The notes: generated from the sequence alone by a model not told the origin. A stretch of DNA of 64,000 bases from Podarcis melisellensis (GCA_964234715.1 OZ174276.1); one strand, 5' to 3'. Positions 1-13,457 are shown, counted from the stretch's first letter. Numbers and translations: made by a program.

Positions 1-271
1 TTACAAACTCCTCAAAGGTCTGGTTCATGTGCTTTTCCATATATCTGAACAGAAAGGTTGCGCAGACAGTAAAAGTTTGGCAAACGTTCCTAAAATATTG
101 GTATAGGAACTTGAGTGGTTTGTGAGAGGCATGTGGCTAAGCCGAAGCAACCAGCTTTAGTCTCTTCACACTCTGAGCTTCTGGAGGGGAATAATGACTT
201 AATGACCTAGTCACTCCCAAGGTGAGCTAAGCCTGGCAGGACAGCTTACTATAGAGTCTATAGTATTAACC

Positions 272-407
272 CAGGCATAGGCAAACTTGGCCCTCCAGAT
301 GTTTTGGGACTACAACTCCCATCATCCCTGACCACTTGTCCTGTGAGCTAGGGATGATTGGAGTTGTAGTCCCAAAACATCTGGAGGGCCAAGTTTGCCT
401 ATGCCTG
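272..407. mobile_element. Palindromic hAT MITE
   Basis: Long TIR CAGGCATAGGCAAACTTGGCCCTCCAGATG; TSD TATTAACC. Confidence 0.92.
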
Positions 408-741
408 TATTAACCCCTTCATGTATCAATTAGACTTAAGTGTATTGGTTATATGAGGCTGGTAAGCACACAGTCTTTTTCTCACCACTGACCCTGACCC
501 TTGTGGCATAATTTCTGATCACCTCCAGGCCCTAGAGCAGGGGTGTTTCCCATGGGCATCTGGTTATCCACTGAGTGAAAGGCATGCAGGACTAGATGGA
601 ACTTTGGCCTGACCCAACAAAGCTTTGGCCCTTTGCCTAATGTTATGCAACTTTTATGGCCTACTTTCAAAGTCCCTTTGCAAACCACTAGTTTCAATCT
701 TCTGCAAGAGCATTATCTTCCTTCCTTGGCAGCCCACTAAG

Positions 742-889
742 CAGGCATGGGGGAAAACCTCTGGCCCCCAGATGTTGCTGAGCTACAACTCCCATCACTC
801 CTAGCCATTGGCCATGCTTGCTAAGTCTGATGGGAGTTTTAGTTCCATAAAATCCAGAAGGTTAGAAAGGTTCTCCCCACACACACCTG
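742..889. mobile_element. Diverged palindromic hAT MITE
   Basis: CTACAACTCCCATCA..TGATGGGAG core shared with 272-407. Confidence 0.7.
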
Positions 890-1079
890 CACCAGAGGAA
901 GAGGAAAAGAAAGGGGGAGAGAAAGAAGGGAAGGAGGTGTCAGGAAGAGAAAGGGCAGAGAGAGAGAGGGAAGGGGTGGCTGGCTTTGGACCTGAACGCA
1001 GTCAGTTCGCAGCCACCAACGGGGTACCCCTAAGGGAATGGGGCCATTGACAGGAAAAAGAGAAAAGGTTGGTCTAGAG

Positions 1080-1217
1080 CAGCCTTTCTCAACCGGTGGG
1101 TCCCCAGGTGTTGTTGAACTACAACTCCCATCACCCCTAGCTAGCACAGCCAGAGCTCAGGGCTGATGGGAATTGTAGTCCAACAACATCAGGGAACCCA
1201 CAGGTTGAGAACCGCTA
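1080..1217. mobile_element. Palindromic hAT MITE
   Basis: CAGCCTTTCTCAACC..GGTTGAGAACCGCTA; imperfect TSD gtctagag/gtttagtg. Confidence 0.8.
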
Positions 1218-2697
1218 GTTTAGTGCAATTGCAAGGGCAAGCTCTGGTTCTCCCTACCCTGCAAATCCAAGCTGGGTAAGAGCATCAGGGACCCTTCCTG
1301 CTGCACTGAGAGAGTTGCACAAAGTAGTAAAATGCCTCTCTGCTTTCTGGGTGGCTCCCTGTGCCAGATGAGGGAGACTTCCCCATTCTCCTCCTGAGCC
1401 TAGAGGAGGGCAGCAGAGTTTATTGAAGCCCATGCTAGGTTTGGGAAGGCTCGTAAAGGGCTGAGACCCCTCTCTGCTTTCCTGTCCATTCTCAAACCAG
1501 CACTAGGTCCATGAGGTCCTTTATCTGTCTCCAGGCTTGCGAGAAGGGGCAAGGAAAAATGTGCTCACCAGCAGTGGCAGGTGAGTGAGCTCATTTGTGG
1601 GGTGCTTGACTTTTTATCTAAGAGGACTCTATTCAGGTTCTTACATTGGTATGGACCAGAGTGCGATGGGTAAGAATCCTGCCTCCTCTGCAGCCTAGTA
1701 AGCTGAAGCGAAATGATACATTTCCCAGGTGATTGTGTGTCTTGGGTTTTTCCTTTTCTTTTAGAAATAGCTGTGGGGGCTTGATCCAGATCACTAAAAT
1801 AGTACCTCAGGAGAAGGGATTTACCCCTGAAGGTGACATTTCCTTCAATAGCACCTTTGAGCCAAATTATAGTTTCAGGGGGATTATTTTTTTGGGGGGG
1901 GGCTGCATTTACTGCAGCTCCAATCCATTCCACCCCCTCCTGCCCATTTCTGAAAGAAAAACAAGCCTGGAATAAATGATCACATGCCAAGCGTATTGTC
2001 TAGTCCAGGACTTAAATTTCCCTGTGGGTTGAAAAGATTTTAATCTTTCTCTCTCTCGTACAGATTTGCTCACTGATAATTTCTGAATTATAACACACCT
2101 GTCTTCCATATCAATATATCTGTACGCTTGCTATCTTTGGAGATAATTAGTTGGATTCAGACTCAGGTAGGTAGCCAAATTGAGGCCCAGTTGAAATCTG
2201 TTTGGAAAGTTAATGATGACTCATTATGCCCAATGGACTTCAGTGAGATCTAACTAACTTAGTCTCGATCCAACCCAATATCTCTTCCCGATTGTGAAAC
2301 CTTCATAATAAGTGATCCCCATTCCAGAGCTGGTCTTCTACCAGAACACGGCTGTAGGAACAACAGCAAATGAGAGAACATCTACCGTATACCTTACTGT
2401 TGTTTTTGTTAAGGGAGATGTCCTCTGGAACCACCAGTTTTATCACCAAGGCCTTCATGATCAGTTGTGATAGTGAGTTTGTTGGACAGCATTTCTCCAC
2501 ACAAGTGATTCTAGTTATGCACAGCCCCTCTTCTCCCTTCATTCACCAGACAAGGATGTACAAGTTGCAAATGCTGGAGCATCCTGGGAGATAATGGAAG
2601 CCAATGACTGGCAGGCGGCAATAAATAACCATCTGGAAGAGTGGAGCCATATATGTGAGTTACACAGTCAGTACCCTAGGAGAGTAATAGTTTACAC

Positions 2698-2834
2698 CAG
2701 GCATGGCCAAACTTGGCCCTCCAGCTGTTTTGGGACTACAACTCCCATCATCCCTAGCTAACAGGATCCAGTGGTCAAGGATGATGGGAATTATAGTCCC
2801 AAAACAGCTGGAGGGCCAGGTTTCGCCATGCCTG
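2698..2834. mobile_element. Palindromic hAT MITE
   Basis: TIR CAGGCATGG; TSD gtttacac/gtctacac. Confidence 0.9.
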
Positions 2835-3022
2835 GTCTACACAGACTCCTTGTATAAGAAGGGTTAACTTTGAGAATTCCCAGCTTGCTGGGCTGATGGG
2901 AGTTGTAGTCTAAACTAGCGTGATTCAGATAACCAGTCCTGTCTCTGCCTCCCTCTCTCCCTCACCCTGGAACATAGGTCTCTCTCAGAACTACGAAAGC
3001 AAAAAAGAAATGTTTGAGAATC

Positions 3023-3232
3023 GGTGTGTCATGGTTAAAGTGGAAGAGTAGGACTTGAGAGACCAGGGTTCAAATCCCCACACAATCATGAAGCTCGGTT
3101 AGGTGCTTCACAGGTCATTGACTGAACCTCAGCCTATCCAATCATGCAGGATTTGATTTGAGGATAAAATGGGGAGTGGGGTGAGAATTGCCTGCCCTGA
3201 ACTCCTTGGAGGAAAGGACAGATACACATGTA
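3023..3232 (+). mobile_element. MIR/Ther1-like SINE
   Basis: B-box GGTTCAAATCCC; GAGGATAAAATGGG core. Related minus-strand copies near 7050-7225, 8045-8170, 16150-16270 and 20470-20630. Confidence 0.7.
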
Positions 3233-6200
3233 AAATGAAAATAGCTTTCATGCATCATGGTGATTAAAACAATTAATTGGAAAGTCCAAGAGGACATGGG
3301 GGTGATGCCCTAATGCAAAGCAAGACAGCAGGGCATGGATTTTGCTAACAGGTTCCTCCCATCTGGGAAGAGAGTCAGAATGAGTGCAGTGGACATCAAT
3401 ATCCGTGAAGGTGAGGAGGAAGAACAATTGGTGTTGCTTTATGGATTAGTGTCTGGTGACTACTGGGGATAGCTTGGTCCTAGTGCAGAGAAACCCAGCA
3501 AACATAACCTCAGTCATATAGTGTCTCATCTGCACAATATACGCAGCCTCTATGAGGACTGGATGCTATCCATTTATGGCATGCTGAGCAGAGCCCAATA
3601 TCAAAATGGAAAGGCTGACGCCCAGCTGGAAGTTACACCAGCTGACCTTGAAACCTCTCCATCTCTGTGCGGGGGCTGATTATGGGCTTGTTCAGTGGTG
3701 AGAGGAAGGCTCTCTATACATGCTCAAAAGCACACTCTCTCATTTCAGCAGTTTCCATCTTCCTGGCTCTAGAGGCAAGCAGTATATTGGACTACTAAAA
3801 TAAACAATCCAGTGTATTTTCACAGCCTGATCAAGTTGCTGGTCTGCCACTGAGGCTGCTCCCCCAGCTTTTACCACCACCCCTGCCCTTGAATGCCTGC
3901 CTCACTGGCAATATCCCTGTTCCCGTGTTCCTGGGGAAAGTTCTTGCCCTTGGGCTGCTCCCTCCCTCTTTCCACCTGAGGCTTGGGGCAAGAACAGCCA
4001 GAACTCTCTCTGCCCACACCCCACCCTGCAACACTTAAAGGCATCACTTTCTCTATTCAACACTGCTGGGAGGGATAATTGATACTAAAGCCCTAGTTAA
4101 TGCACTGGCTTTGCTGGGGGATTTATCGCTGCCGATAGCGTCTCCTGCTCCCAATTACCCATTTAGCTGCTGAGATAACAGGCTGCTCAATCAGCCCCAT
4201 CCCCATGGTTATATACTGCAGCTCGATGCTCATAAATACTGTCCAAGCACAGCTGCAGGCACCTCCTTGCAGGGTCATGGTAGGAGCTGCTGGCATCCAT
4301 TCTGCAGAGTCTTGCCTCCCTTCCACCTGGCTCAGCCCTTGCTCTCCCCCAAGGCCTCACCTCCCTTTCCTGCTCCTTGTCTGGGAAATGTAGCTGAGAT
4401 CCATCACCTAGGTGACTTCAAAAGCATTGAGCCTGTTTCCATGACAATCCTGATGCAGGTGAGCAGGGCAGCAAAGGCAAGAGGGCAATCTGAGCCTGCC
4501 TCCCACTGCTCCCAGGGGTGCAGGCCTCCCTTGAGGGTGCCAAACCTCTGTCCTGGGAAGTCTGGGGCACTGTCTCAACTTGGCAGAGGCTGCAGTGCTG
4601 GAGCAAGTCAGTTATAATGCTACTTTTATGTCGCAGGGTTCCCTCCCTGTTTAACACCCCCCTGAACACCACTGGCACAGTCTCAACCCCATCATCTGTA
4701 AAATGGGGATAATTGCACTGATCCCCCCTTGAAGGATCTAATAAACAAATACAAAGGTTTTCTTAAACACCACAGGAAATGCTACACAAAAGCAAGGGCA
4801 TAAAATTCTCATTGCTGAAACATTCCCTGCCCAGAATTAAAACTGGAGGTACCCTTCAATTGTACAGCCAAAAATATTTATTAAGTGTGGAAGCATTGCT
4901 CACCTGCTGAAGCCTACATCTCATGTAGGAAACTACCTTCAACCAGGTCTGGCTATTTGCTTATCTAGCTCCGATATGCAGCCAATCTGCAGAGTCTCGG
5001 GGCAGAGGCTTTTGCCCCATTGCATGCTCCTGATTGTTGTTTTCAAACTGAAAATGTCAAGAGAAGAACCCAGGACCTCCAGCACACAAATGTGGGATGT
5101 GCTATGGAATGGTGGTCCCCTTCCTCTCTGTTTCTGCATGAGTCACTAGGATGAGAGCGACTCCTGGTGGGATGAAAGCACAGGAGCTGAGGGCAGTCAC
5201 GCAGACAGCCTCTTCTGAGAGCAGGTAACTCTGCTCAGTCCCTGCATCAGGAGTGATTGGATGAACCAGTCACATGCGATGCCAAACTATACCCTGCCCT
5301 GCCAGTGGAGAATGATCAAAAGGAGGTATGACTGGAGCAGTAAATTGTTGCAAGATGCAGCAGGTGACTAATGAATGAAGGCTTTGGGCTCATAAGTGAC
5401 TGTATTTCCCATGGTACATTGTTTGGGGATCGTAGTGCTAGGGATAGTGGGTTCTATCCAATGCCAGTCCTACTCAGAGTAGACCCATTGAAATGAATGG
5501 GCATGACTAGCTTGGGCCTATTCATTTCAACTGGTCTGTTTTTAGGAGAACTTGGCTGGATGCTACCCAGTGCCAACAGCTACTGTATACCTGCCACCCA
5601 GGTCCTCGCAGCATGTTGTCCCACAGAGCTAATTCAGGGGCCCTTTCCCCTCATGGCAACGAGTCTTTCCTGCTGCCCCAGCAAATGCCAGCTCACCCAA
5701 AATGGCAGGCTCCTCTGCAGCAGAAGGGCTTGGATTTTGCATGTTTCCCTGCCATGTGTTCGTCGCTGTGTCAAGTGGTACAAAAGGAGGAGTTCACTAT
5801 TACAACCATTAGTGTAATGAAAGGTGGCAGCCCCTTGTTGTTGCAGCAGCCTGGCATAAGGAAGGGATTCGCTGAGCTCCCACACTCTGCCTCCACAATC
5901 TGTGCCCCCAACAACACATACACACAGCCACACGGCCACATCCCCAGCTATTAAAGGGGCCGGGAAGATAATGAGCTGACAGGGAAACACAAAATCAAGG
6001 CAGCCCCCAAGCTCCCGTTGTGCTCATAGAAAGAAACAAGATTGTAATTACAGGGACAGCGGGCAATTAAGTGGGTTGAGGGCTAATTAGTACCATCAGG
6101 TGGAGGCCTGCCACAAGGGACTTTCCCCACCAGCTCTGCAGGGATAGCAGTGATCGGGGCAGTTTACTAGGGGCAGGAGGGGAGGCAGGGGGCTGCATTC

Positions 6201-6271
6201 CGGCTTGCGCTCAAGAGCCAGCCCCAGAGAGGTCCCTATCCCAGCCCTATTGCTGCAAGAATAAGCAAAGG

Positions 6272-6418
6272 TCATAGAATCTTTGAATTTGTAGAGTTGG
6301 ATAGGGCCACAAGGGTCATGTAGTCCAACCCTTTGCATGGCAGGAATATTTTGCCCTACGTGGGGCTTGAACCCATGACCCTGGGATTAAGAGTCTCATG
6401 CTCTCCTGACTGAGTCAT
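6272..6418 (-). mobile_element. tRNA-Lys-headed SINE with CR1-type tail
   Basis: Reverse complement resembles tRNA-Lys(CTT), then GGTTGGACTA..CCAACTCTAC..ATTCTATG. Confidence 0.8.
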
Positions 6419-6496
6419 ACAAATCTTTTGCCAAGTTAATATCAGGGTGTAGGTATGGATCCAGTCATTAGAGCTCCTATATGCAGGTGTACCCTA

Positions 6497-6857
6497 CGCG
6501 GGTGGCAGGACGCGGGTGGCACTGTGGGTTAAACCACAGAGCCTAGGACTTGCTGATCAGAAGGTTGGTGGTTTGAATCCCCGTGACGGGGTGAGCTCCC
6601 GTTGCTCAGTCCCTGTTCCTGCCAACCTAGCAGTTCGAAAGCATGTCAAAGTGCAAGTAGATAAATAGGTAACACTCTGGTGGGAAGGTAAACGGGGTTT
6701 CCGTGCGCTGCTCTGGTTTGCCAGAAGCGGCTTAGTCATGCTGGCCACATGACCCGGAAGCTGTACACAGGCTCCCTCGGCCAACAAAGCGAGATGAGTG
6801 CCACAACCCCAGAGTCGGTCACAACTGGACCTAATGGTCAGGGGTCCCTTTACCTTT
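6497..6857 (+). mobile_element. Sauria SINE, full length
   Basis: GCCAACCTAGCAGTTCGAAAGCA, CATGCTGGCCACATGACC, ACCTTT tail; 16-bp TSD ATGCAGGTGTACCCTA. Confidence 0.93.
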
Positions 6858-8469
6858 ATGCAGGTGTACCCTAGGTCTCTCTGTGTGTGTATATGTGTAT
6901 GCACTAGATTCACATTTGTTGTCAATGACAATTCTGTTTCCATGCTGGGGACAAGCTATTCATTGACATTTGAGGCACAACCTTTGTGAATTCAAACCTT
7001 TAGGATGAATGTAAAGTTACTACATATGAATTCTGCCTCCTTCCCCCTAAAGACTTCAGTGCAGCAGCAACAACGCCCCTTCCCATTTTATCCTCACAAC
7101 AACCATGCAGGATAGATCAGATTGAATGCTGTGACCTGCCCAAATCCATCCAGTAAGCTTTGTGGCTCAGTGGAGATTTAAACCTGGGTCTCCCTGGTCC
7201 TAGCCTGGCGCTCACACTCTGCTGCATTGACTATCAATGATCTGAACCCAGACCTCCCCATTCTTAATCAGCCGCTCAGACTAGTACACTGCAGATAGCC
7301 TAGCATTGTCCTGATTCCTGCCTAAAGAGCATTGGGAATGGGTCCAGAAGGCCACAACTTGTTCCAAGCCAACATCCCAGTCTTATATCTGTGTTGGAAT
7401 TGTGGGTTTGGCATGGATTCCTACCAGGGAATGATTGAGGAGCAAAAGAAGATCCTCACAGTTAACATGAGGAGGTGTGAAGGGTGCTTGTGGAAACCTG
7501 CCGTTCTGTTCATTAATAGTTTGGGGGCATGTCACTGAAATCAGGAATCCAACAGGTGTTTATACTGCAGTTTCAGGTGCAAAGGTTCTGGTGGTTAAGG
7601 TCCAAGTCTGCTAAAACGAAGGGTTATGAACAACCAATGTACGGTAGCATTGTGACTGTCCCTAATTTCTGTACTGAAATCCTGAATTTGCAGAATTGAA
7701 ATGAAATCTGTCAATCCAGATCCGTTTATGCATATGCGTGTGCATATCTGATCTTAGGCTGCTGTCCTAATCCCACTTACCTGGGAGTAAGCCCTATTGA
7801 ATTCAATAGGACTTACTTTTGAGCAGGCATAGTATTGTGCTGTTAGTCATTGAGCTACTCTAAAAACAAACAAACTATGGCTATGCAGTGTGCATCATCC
7901 TCTCCACCCAAGCAGAAGTATGACATAAGATCTGTTTAGCTGGCCAAGGGTTTCTGTGAAAAGATTTCCCGGTCTCAAAGTCCATCTGCACTGTTTTGCT
8001 GCTCCGTACCTCCTACATTAAAACATTTCTGTTGCTGCTGTCTTGTTACATTTATACCCCACCTTTCCCCCAAGGAGCTATATGGTTCTGCCTTTCCCCA
8101 TTTTATCTTCACAATGACCCTGTGAGGTAGGTTAGGCAGAGAAACAGTGTCTGGCCCAAGGTCACCCCATCACCCCGTCCAGCACTCACTCACTCACCCA
8201 GGGTGGTCACACACAGTCTCCCTTTCAATACTATTTGCACCTGCAAAGTTTTGGGAGTGACCACATTGCTTCATTTCCAGTCAATGCATTTCCTGTAGCT
8301 TCTTGCAGAAATCCCATAACTTTTTATACCACAAATGTTCTGGTTTATTTTTGTCCAGCTTTTGGTGCGCTATAGCCCCTCTGGACAGCAATAACATGGC
8401 TGTGTTGGGGAAGCACTGCAGGACCAACCCAAGTGGAATAAATCTAGTACTATGCATTATTATTGTGTC

Positions 8470-8859
8470 CAGTGCTTTTTTTACACAGGGGTACACATGC
8501 CCCTAAACACTTTGTGAATCTAACAGGAGAAGAAACTAAGTTTCTTCTCTAGCACGGTGAATCTTCAGTTCTGTTGAATCGTCAGTTTCGTTGTTACCAC
8601 CTCCGATGGCGGCTTCATTTCCTTTCCCAGTGATTTTCTTGAGTCAAAATGAGAGCAGTGGCGTAGCGTGGGGGGTGCAGGGGGGCCGGCTGCACCGGCC
8701 GCAACATCTGGGGGTTAGGGGGCGCAAATCCATGGGTTAGGGTGCGCAAATCCATGGGTTAGGGGGCGCAAATTACTTGCCTTGCCCCGGGTGCTGACAA
8801 CCCACGCTACATCACTGAATGAGAGTACGCCTAAACATTTTTAAGAAAAAAAAACACTT
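8470..8859. mobile_element. hAT MITE (outer) interrupted by a second MITE
   Basis: Termini CAGTGCTTTTTTT / AAAAAAAACACTT; TSD ATTGTGTC. Confidence 0.85.
8656..8817. mobile_element. hAT MITE (inner) with GGGTTAGGGGGCGCAAAT repeats
   Basis: TIR CAGTGGCGTAGCGTGGG; TSD AATGAGAG. Confidence 0.9.
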
Positions 8860-9130
8860 ATTGTGTCTATAATATGTTACAGAGGACACCTGCAATGAAA
8901 CATCTGTCTTGGGGGGGGCAAGTCCCTCTCCAGGCCATGCCCCCCACCCTCCTTAAGAACTTTCCCCTGACTCTTACTAGCCTGGATTTGTGCAGAGGGG
9001 TGTAGGGCGTGTGGGTGTACAAACCGTTGACTGTGTGACTGAAGTGCAGACTATATAATTGTAAGAATCACCTCCCTTGCTATTGCCTCTTTGGTCTCTT
9101 GCCCTGCTCGTCATTGGCATGTGGCACCTG

Positions 9131-9322
9131 CAGGGGTGCCAACTTGAATAAAATATTTTGAGGGGGCAGGTAATCCTGACCCCACATAATTAATCACAAG
9201 ATGCAGCACACACACACCGCATTTGAATGGCAACACCCATTAACCTTTGGGGCCCCGGCTCCCTCAAATATTTTATTGAGGGGACCGAAGGGACCTTGGC
9301 CCCCTAGGAGTTGGCTCCTATG
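9131..9322. mobile_element. hAT MITE
   Basis: CAGGGGTGCCAACT / AGTTGGCTCCTATG; imperfect TSD ggcacctg/ggtgcctg. Confidence 0.75.
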
Positions 9323-12300
9323 GGTGCCTGGGAAGTCCACCACAAGAGGATGCTCCCCTTGGGCTGGGAAAAGGTTTGCCACACCTGACGTAGCCCGTCG
9401 TATGTGGGAATGGTTAGCGAATTAGTCACCGAAGTACTCATCCTAGAAATTGACTAATATGTTTGAAAACATTTGATACTCTGTTTCTGTAACAGCTCAG
9501 GAGGTTGGATCTAGGATATTATCATCTTGTTAATGAAAAGGAATGGGGTGGGAACACTTCTATTATGCTTAAGAATCTCAGAGCCTTTTCAGATCATAAA
9601 AATTTGGAGGTTTACCTGTGGCGCTCTCTTTGCAATAGTCCTGATCCGGTGCCAGTTGCACAATCATTCACCCCCACATAATAGAGGAGGGCAGTCGTTT
9701 TGCGGCTGTTTGCCATTTGTTTTTGCTAAGTAGAAGGCTGGGCGATCACTCCAGGGCTGGCTTTGCACAGCAGGGGAGCACACAGGCAGCAAGAAAACGG
9801 GAAAAAAATAGCTTCCACGCAAAGGTTCCTGAAATGGCAGTGAAAGGAGGGGGCCGTAGGGGCAGATGTCAGCTTTTGGGATGTTAAAAACAACCAAGCG
9901 AGTGCTGGATGAGCTGTTACATCAGGGCTTACTTTGTGCATCGGGGAAACACGTAGCCATCAGCAAGATAAATTATTATCTTTTAAAATAAGAAGTGCCT
10001 AAAATAGAAGTTGGCAGAAGGATCCAATCACAAGGCAGAGGAGTAGGGCATTTATTGTTCAGCACTGGCACTGGCAGAAACAGGATGACAGAAGGCAGGT
10101 TTGTAAGTAGCCACTCACCTGGTTGCCTGTGGTGAAGGCCAAAATGGATGTGGCAATAATTTACACACTTCATAATATTCACACAAAACCAGAAAATGGC
10201 ACAGACAATTGGTACCAGCCTTATCAACGCATATTTTATTTCAAGCCTCCAGATTTGCACAAACCCAGAAAATACACAACCAACTTTACAATTTCCTGGT
10301 TGTGTGTTTTTGCACACTTCTTGGTGGTGGAGGTTGTTGTTTTAAAGCAGGGTGCATGTAGCTATCTGCACTCATGCCCTACTGGTACTTAATTGGCATA
10401 ACAGAATCAAGAAATTAGAAGGCAGCGACACACACAAAACAGAATGCCTACTGGTATGAACAGCAAAGACAAGTCAAATATATGCAATATACAAATTCAT
10501 GTGGGTGCAAACTATTCTTTTCAAGTTCAAATGGAGAAGCCCATAGTTGTATGTGGGCTCAGCCCCCTACTGTTCGTTCCTCATTGGCTGCTCAAGATTG
10601 CTTGGGAGGTCACAATGCTGCAGAGACCATTGAAGCCATGACTGTGAGAGTACCCTGTTAGGATTTAGAATCCACATCTAGTACCCTGAAGCTCAGGTGT
10701 GAGGAACCTGTGGACCTCCAGCTGCTGCTGAACTATAGCTCTCATAATCTTTGGCCACCAGCCATGCTTTCTGGGGCTGATGGGGCTGATCTGGAGGGCC
10801 AAAAGTCCCACACATCTGTTGTCTTCTCTTGGCCTCCTTGGTTCAGAGGCCCCATATCTCCCACCTGCTTCCTTAACACAAACAGTGTTCAGTCCCAGTC
10901 CTGCTTTCTCCTTTCTTCTACTTGCTTGTCTTCAGCACCCTGTGGCGCCCAATGTCTGTGTTTGCCTTCCTTGTCTCTTCAAGGGCCTAGTCAGCCCCTT
11001 GGTTCTGCTTTCACTGCTTAGGGGCTCCCTGCACCTTAGCTTTTCAATATCTTTTCTTGTACCTCTTGATTCCCAGCCAAAGTGATGGCTTTCCTTTCCT
11101 TCGTAGAAAATGGATTTCAAATTGTTTAGTTCCCCGAGCAGGTAAGCAAACATTCTGAATAATCTCACCCGCTCAACCAATGAGCGCCAGGTGCTTCTCC
11201 ATCACAAGTGCAATTCAGTATCGATGTGTTAGTTGAAGGGGAAATGCCGTTTTCCTACAGGCAAAATGCATGCTCCGCAGTTTGGCTAGAGCAATTCTGT
11301 TTTCTGGAGCGCCGCCATTCCTAACTTGTGCGGTGCATTGTTACCCCGACTTCCTCTCCCTGCCGCCTTCACCTCTGCTAACACCAGACCCATTCCTGAT
11401 CTTTCTGCACCTCTTCCTAATCCCAGGTCTGTGTTCCCATATGCACAGCACTGCAGATGTTCCCCACCTTCACCCCCATCTCGCAGTCCTTCCAAATAAG
11501 GATATATGGGCAATGTTCAGTGCTGCCAATGCACCTACTACCAGCCAGCAGCAAACTGGTGGCTTGTATCTGGGCTCCCTCTTATTCTGCCTCACCTGCT
11601 TCCTTCCTTCTGCACTCTCCCCCCTTCCACCGTCAGCTTCTGCTAGCACCCTCAATCTTCTACCTCCACACCTCTAAACCTCCCATTTAGAGCTCCCTCT
11701 CAACAGGGACCGTTGCTTGCGCTACTGTGCTAGATTGTGTGCATTAGTTTTTGTGACAAAGCTGAATGCCCAATTTTAGAGGCTGCTAAATTCACTTCAC
11801 CTGGTGGGATTAAAAGCACAGGGCTTGCTGCAGCAGCAGCAGCAGCCCTCTTGCATTGCCAGGTGCTCTTTCCCTGTGCCAGGCCCAAGAGGCCTTTGGC
11901 TGGGGACGGAGAGGAGAAGAAAAGGGCACATTGCACTTTATTGCCATAATGTGGCTTAATGAGGAGTAAATGGAATAAATAAAGTGGTTTCCAATAAGAT
12001 GATGTTTCTGGCCGTAGGTGGCTTGCCTGGCAATAGATGAATTGGGCAGATGCACAGGATATGTTTGTGTAAGACCATAGGAGGCTGCATAATCCAGGAT
12101 TACAACCAGAGTATTTGATATGTGAGTGGAGTGGCTGTCTGGCAAACTGATGTGTATATTTTAAGACACATTTTTGAGCATCTCATGTGCATCTTGCAGA
12201 GCAGTTGCATGGCAATTGCATTTTATTTCACAAGCCTTTCACTGGCATGTATACACAGTGCTGTGTTTGAAGGTGCATAGATTCTGGGTACCATTTTTTG

Positions 12301-13454
12301 AGTTTGCTGCAGCTAAAGAGGTATGAAGGAAGGATGCAATGTGTACTTGATGTATTTTCTGAGTTTGTGCCTCTACAAGTGCATTTGCCTGCAGGTACAG
12401 CGCCATGCTTGCTGCATATGTACATTTTATGGCACATCTGGCTGACAGGCTTACGTGTGCACAGTTCCTTGCGCATGCAGACATACCTGTGCTAGTGTTT
12501 GTTGGACCCAGATGCCCCCCTGCTTGAGCTGCAGGCAGCTAGGCTAGGGAGTGGGGTGGGGGGTTGAGAGTTGTTAAATCAGTGAGTTATGAAATGCCTT
12601 TATATCCAGGACAGGGGTTTTAATTAAATTAATTGCCAGCAACGCTGTAAAAGTGCTGAGGGGTAATAACCGGAGCGTTATGGCGCCGTTTATCTTCCCC
12701 ACGTAAATTAGCTGCTGCACCTTACTACTCTCGGCAGCCAGACGTGAGCAGGGTGCAATGCCTGGCAGGTTGAGTCTCTGGGAGCTGCCAAGGGCAGGGA
12801 GGGGGAGTTCTCCTGCCCCAGGCTCCTCTTTCCCAGCTGCAGTAAGTGGTCTGTGCCATTGCACATCTGGCTGACATGGGGCCAGTTGTGGCGGGAGGGG
12901 GGGGTGCGCGTTTGACTCAGCAAAGGCATTCTCTCTGCACCAGTCCATACTGCCCTCTTCTGGTTTGCTGGGAGGCTGCAGGGCACAGAGCATCCTTCTG
13001 GCTCTCTGTGCCAGCCTGACTGATGAGAAAAGTGGGTGAAAGGAATGCTGTTTAGACAGCGCCTGTTCACCGGCTGCTATGCCTGGGATGGGGCTTGTAG
13101 GGCTTGGTGCAGGAGCAGGTGGAAAGGGCCTTGGGACACTTTGCTCAGTAACACCAGGAGAAAAGAGGTCTCCCCAGTGTTGCAGGCAGGAGAAGAGGCC
13201 AGGGACCCCAAAGGCAGGGAGCCAAGATCCAGGGGGCATGAATGAGGCTGCCAATTGACCTAAGACTGGACTTGGTAAAAGAAAAAGGGTGGTACACCAT
13301 CATTTTCAGGGCCGGTAGCTGCATTCCCTTGGGTGAGGAGTAATCTAGGACTGCATACCAGCAGTGGGGAGAGCCAAATCCAAAAACATGCAGGGACAGC
13401 TCTTTTCTGTCTTTCCTTATCTGTCTGTCTCCTCCGTTTATGTATCATCTTATG

Positions 13455-13457
<3 letters not shown>

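Noticed and set aside
10931-10951. REST/RE1 site
   Set aside because: Only the left half TTCAGCACC matches.
11270-11427. Hydrophobic ORF with phase-1 CCAG|gtctgt as UNC5A exon 1
   Set aside because: Weak donor, no CpG island and no resemblance to a UNC5A signal peptide.
12574-13254. 226-aa minus-strand ORF
   Set aside because: No domain similarity or splice support; expected by chance in GC-rich intron sequence.
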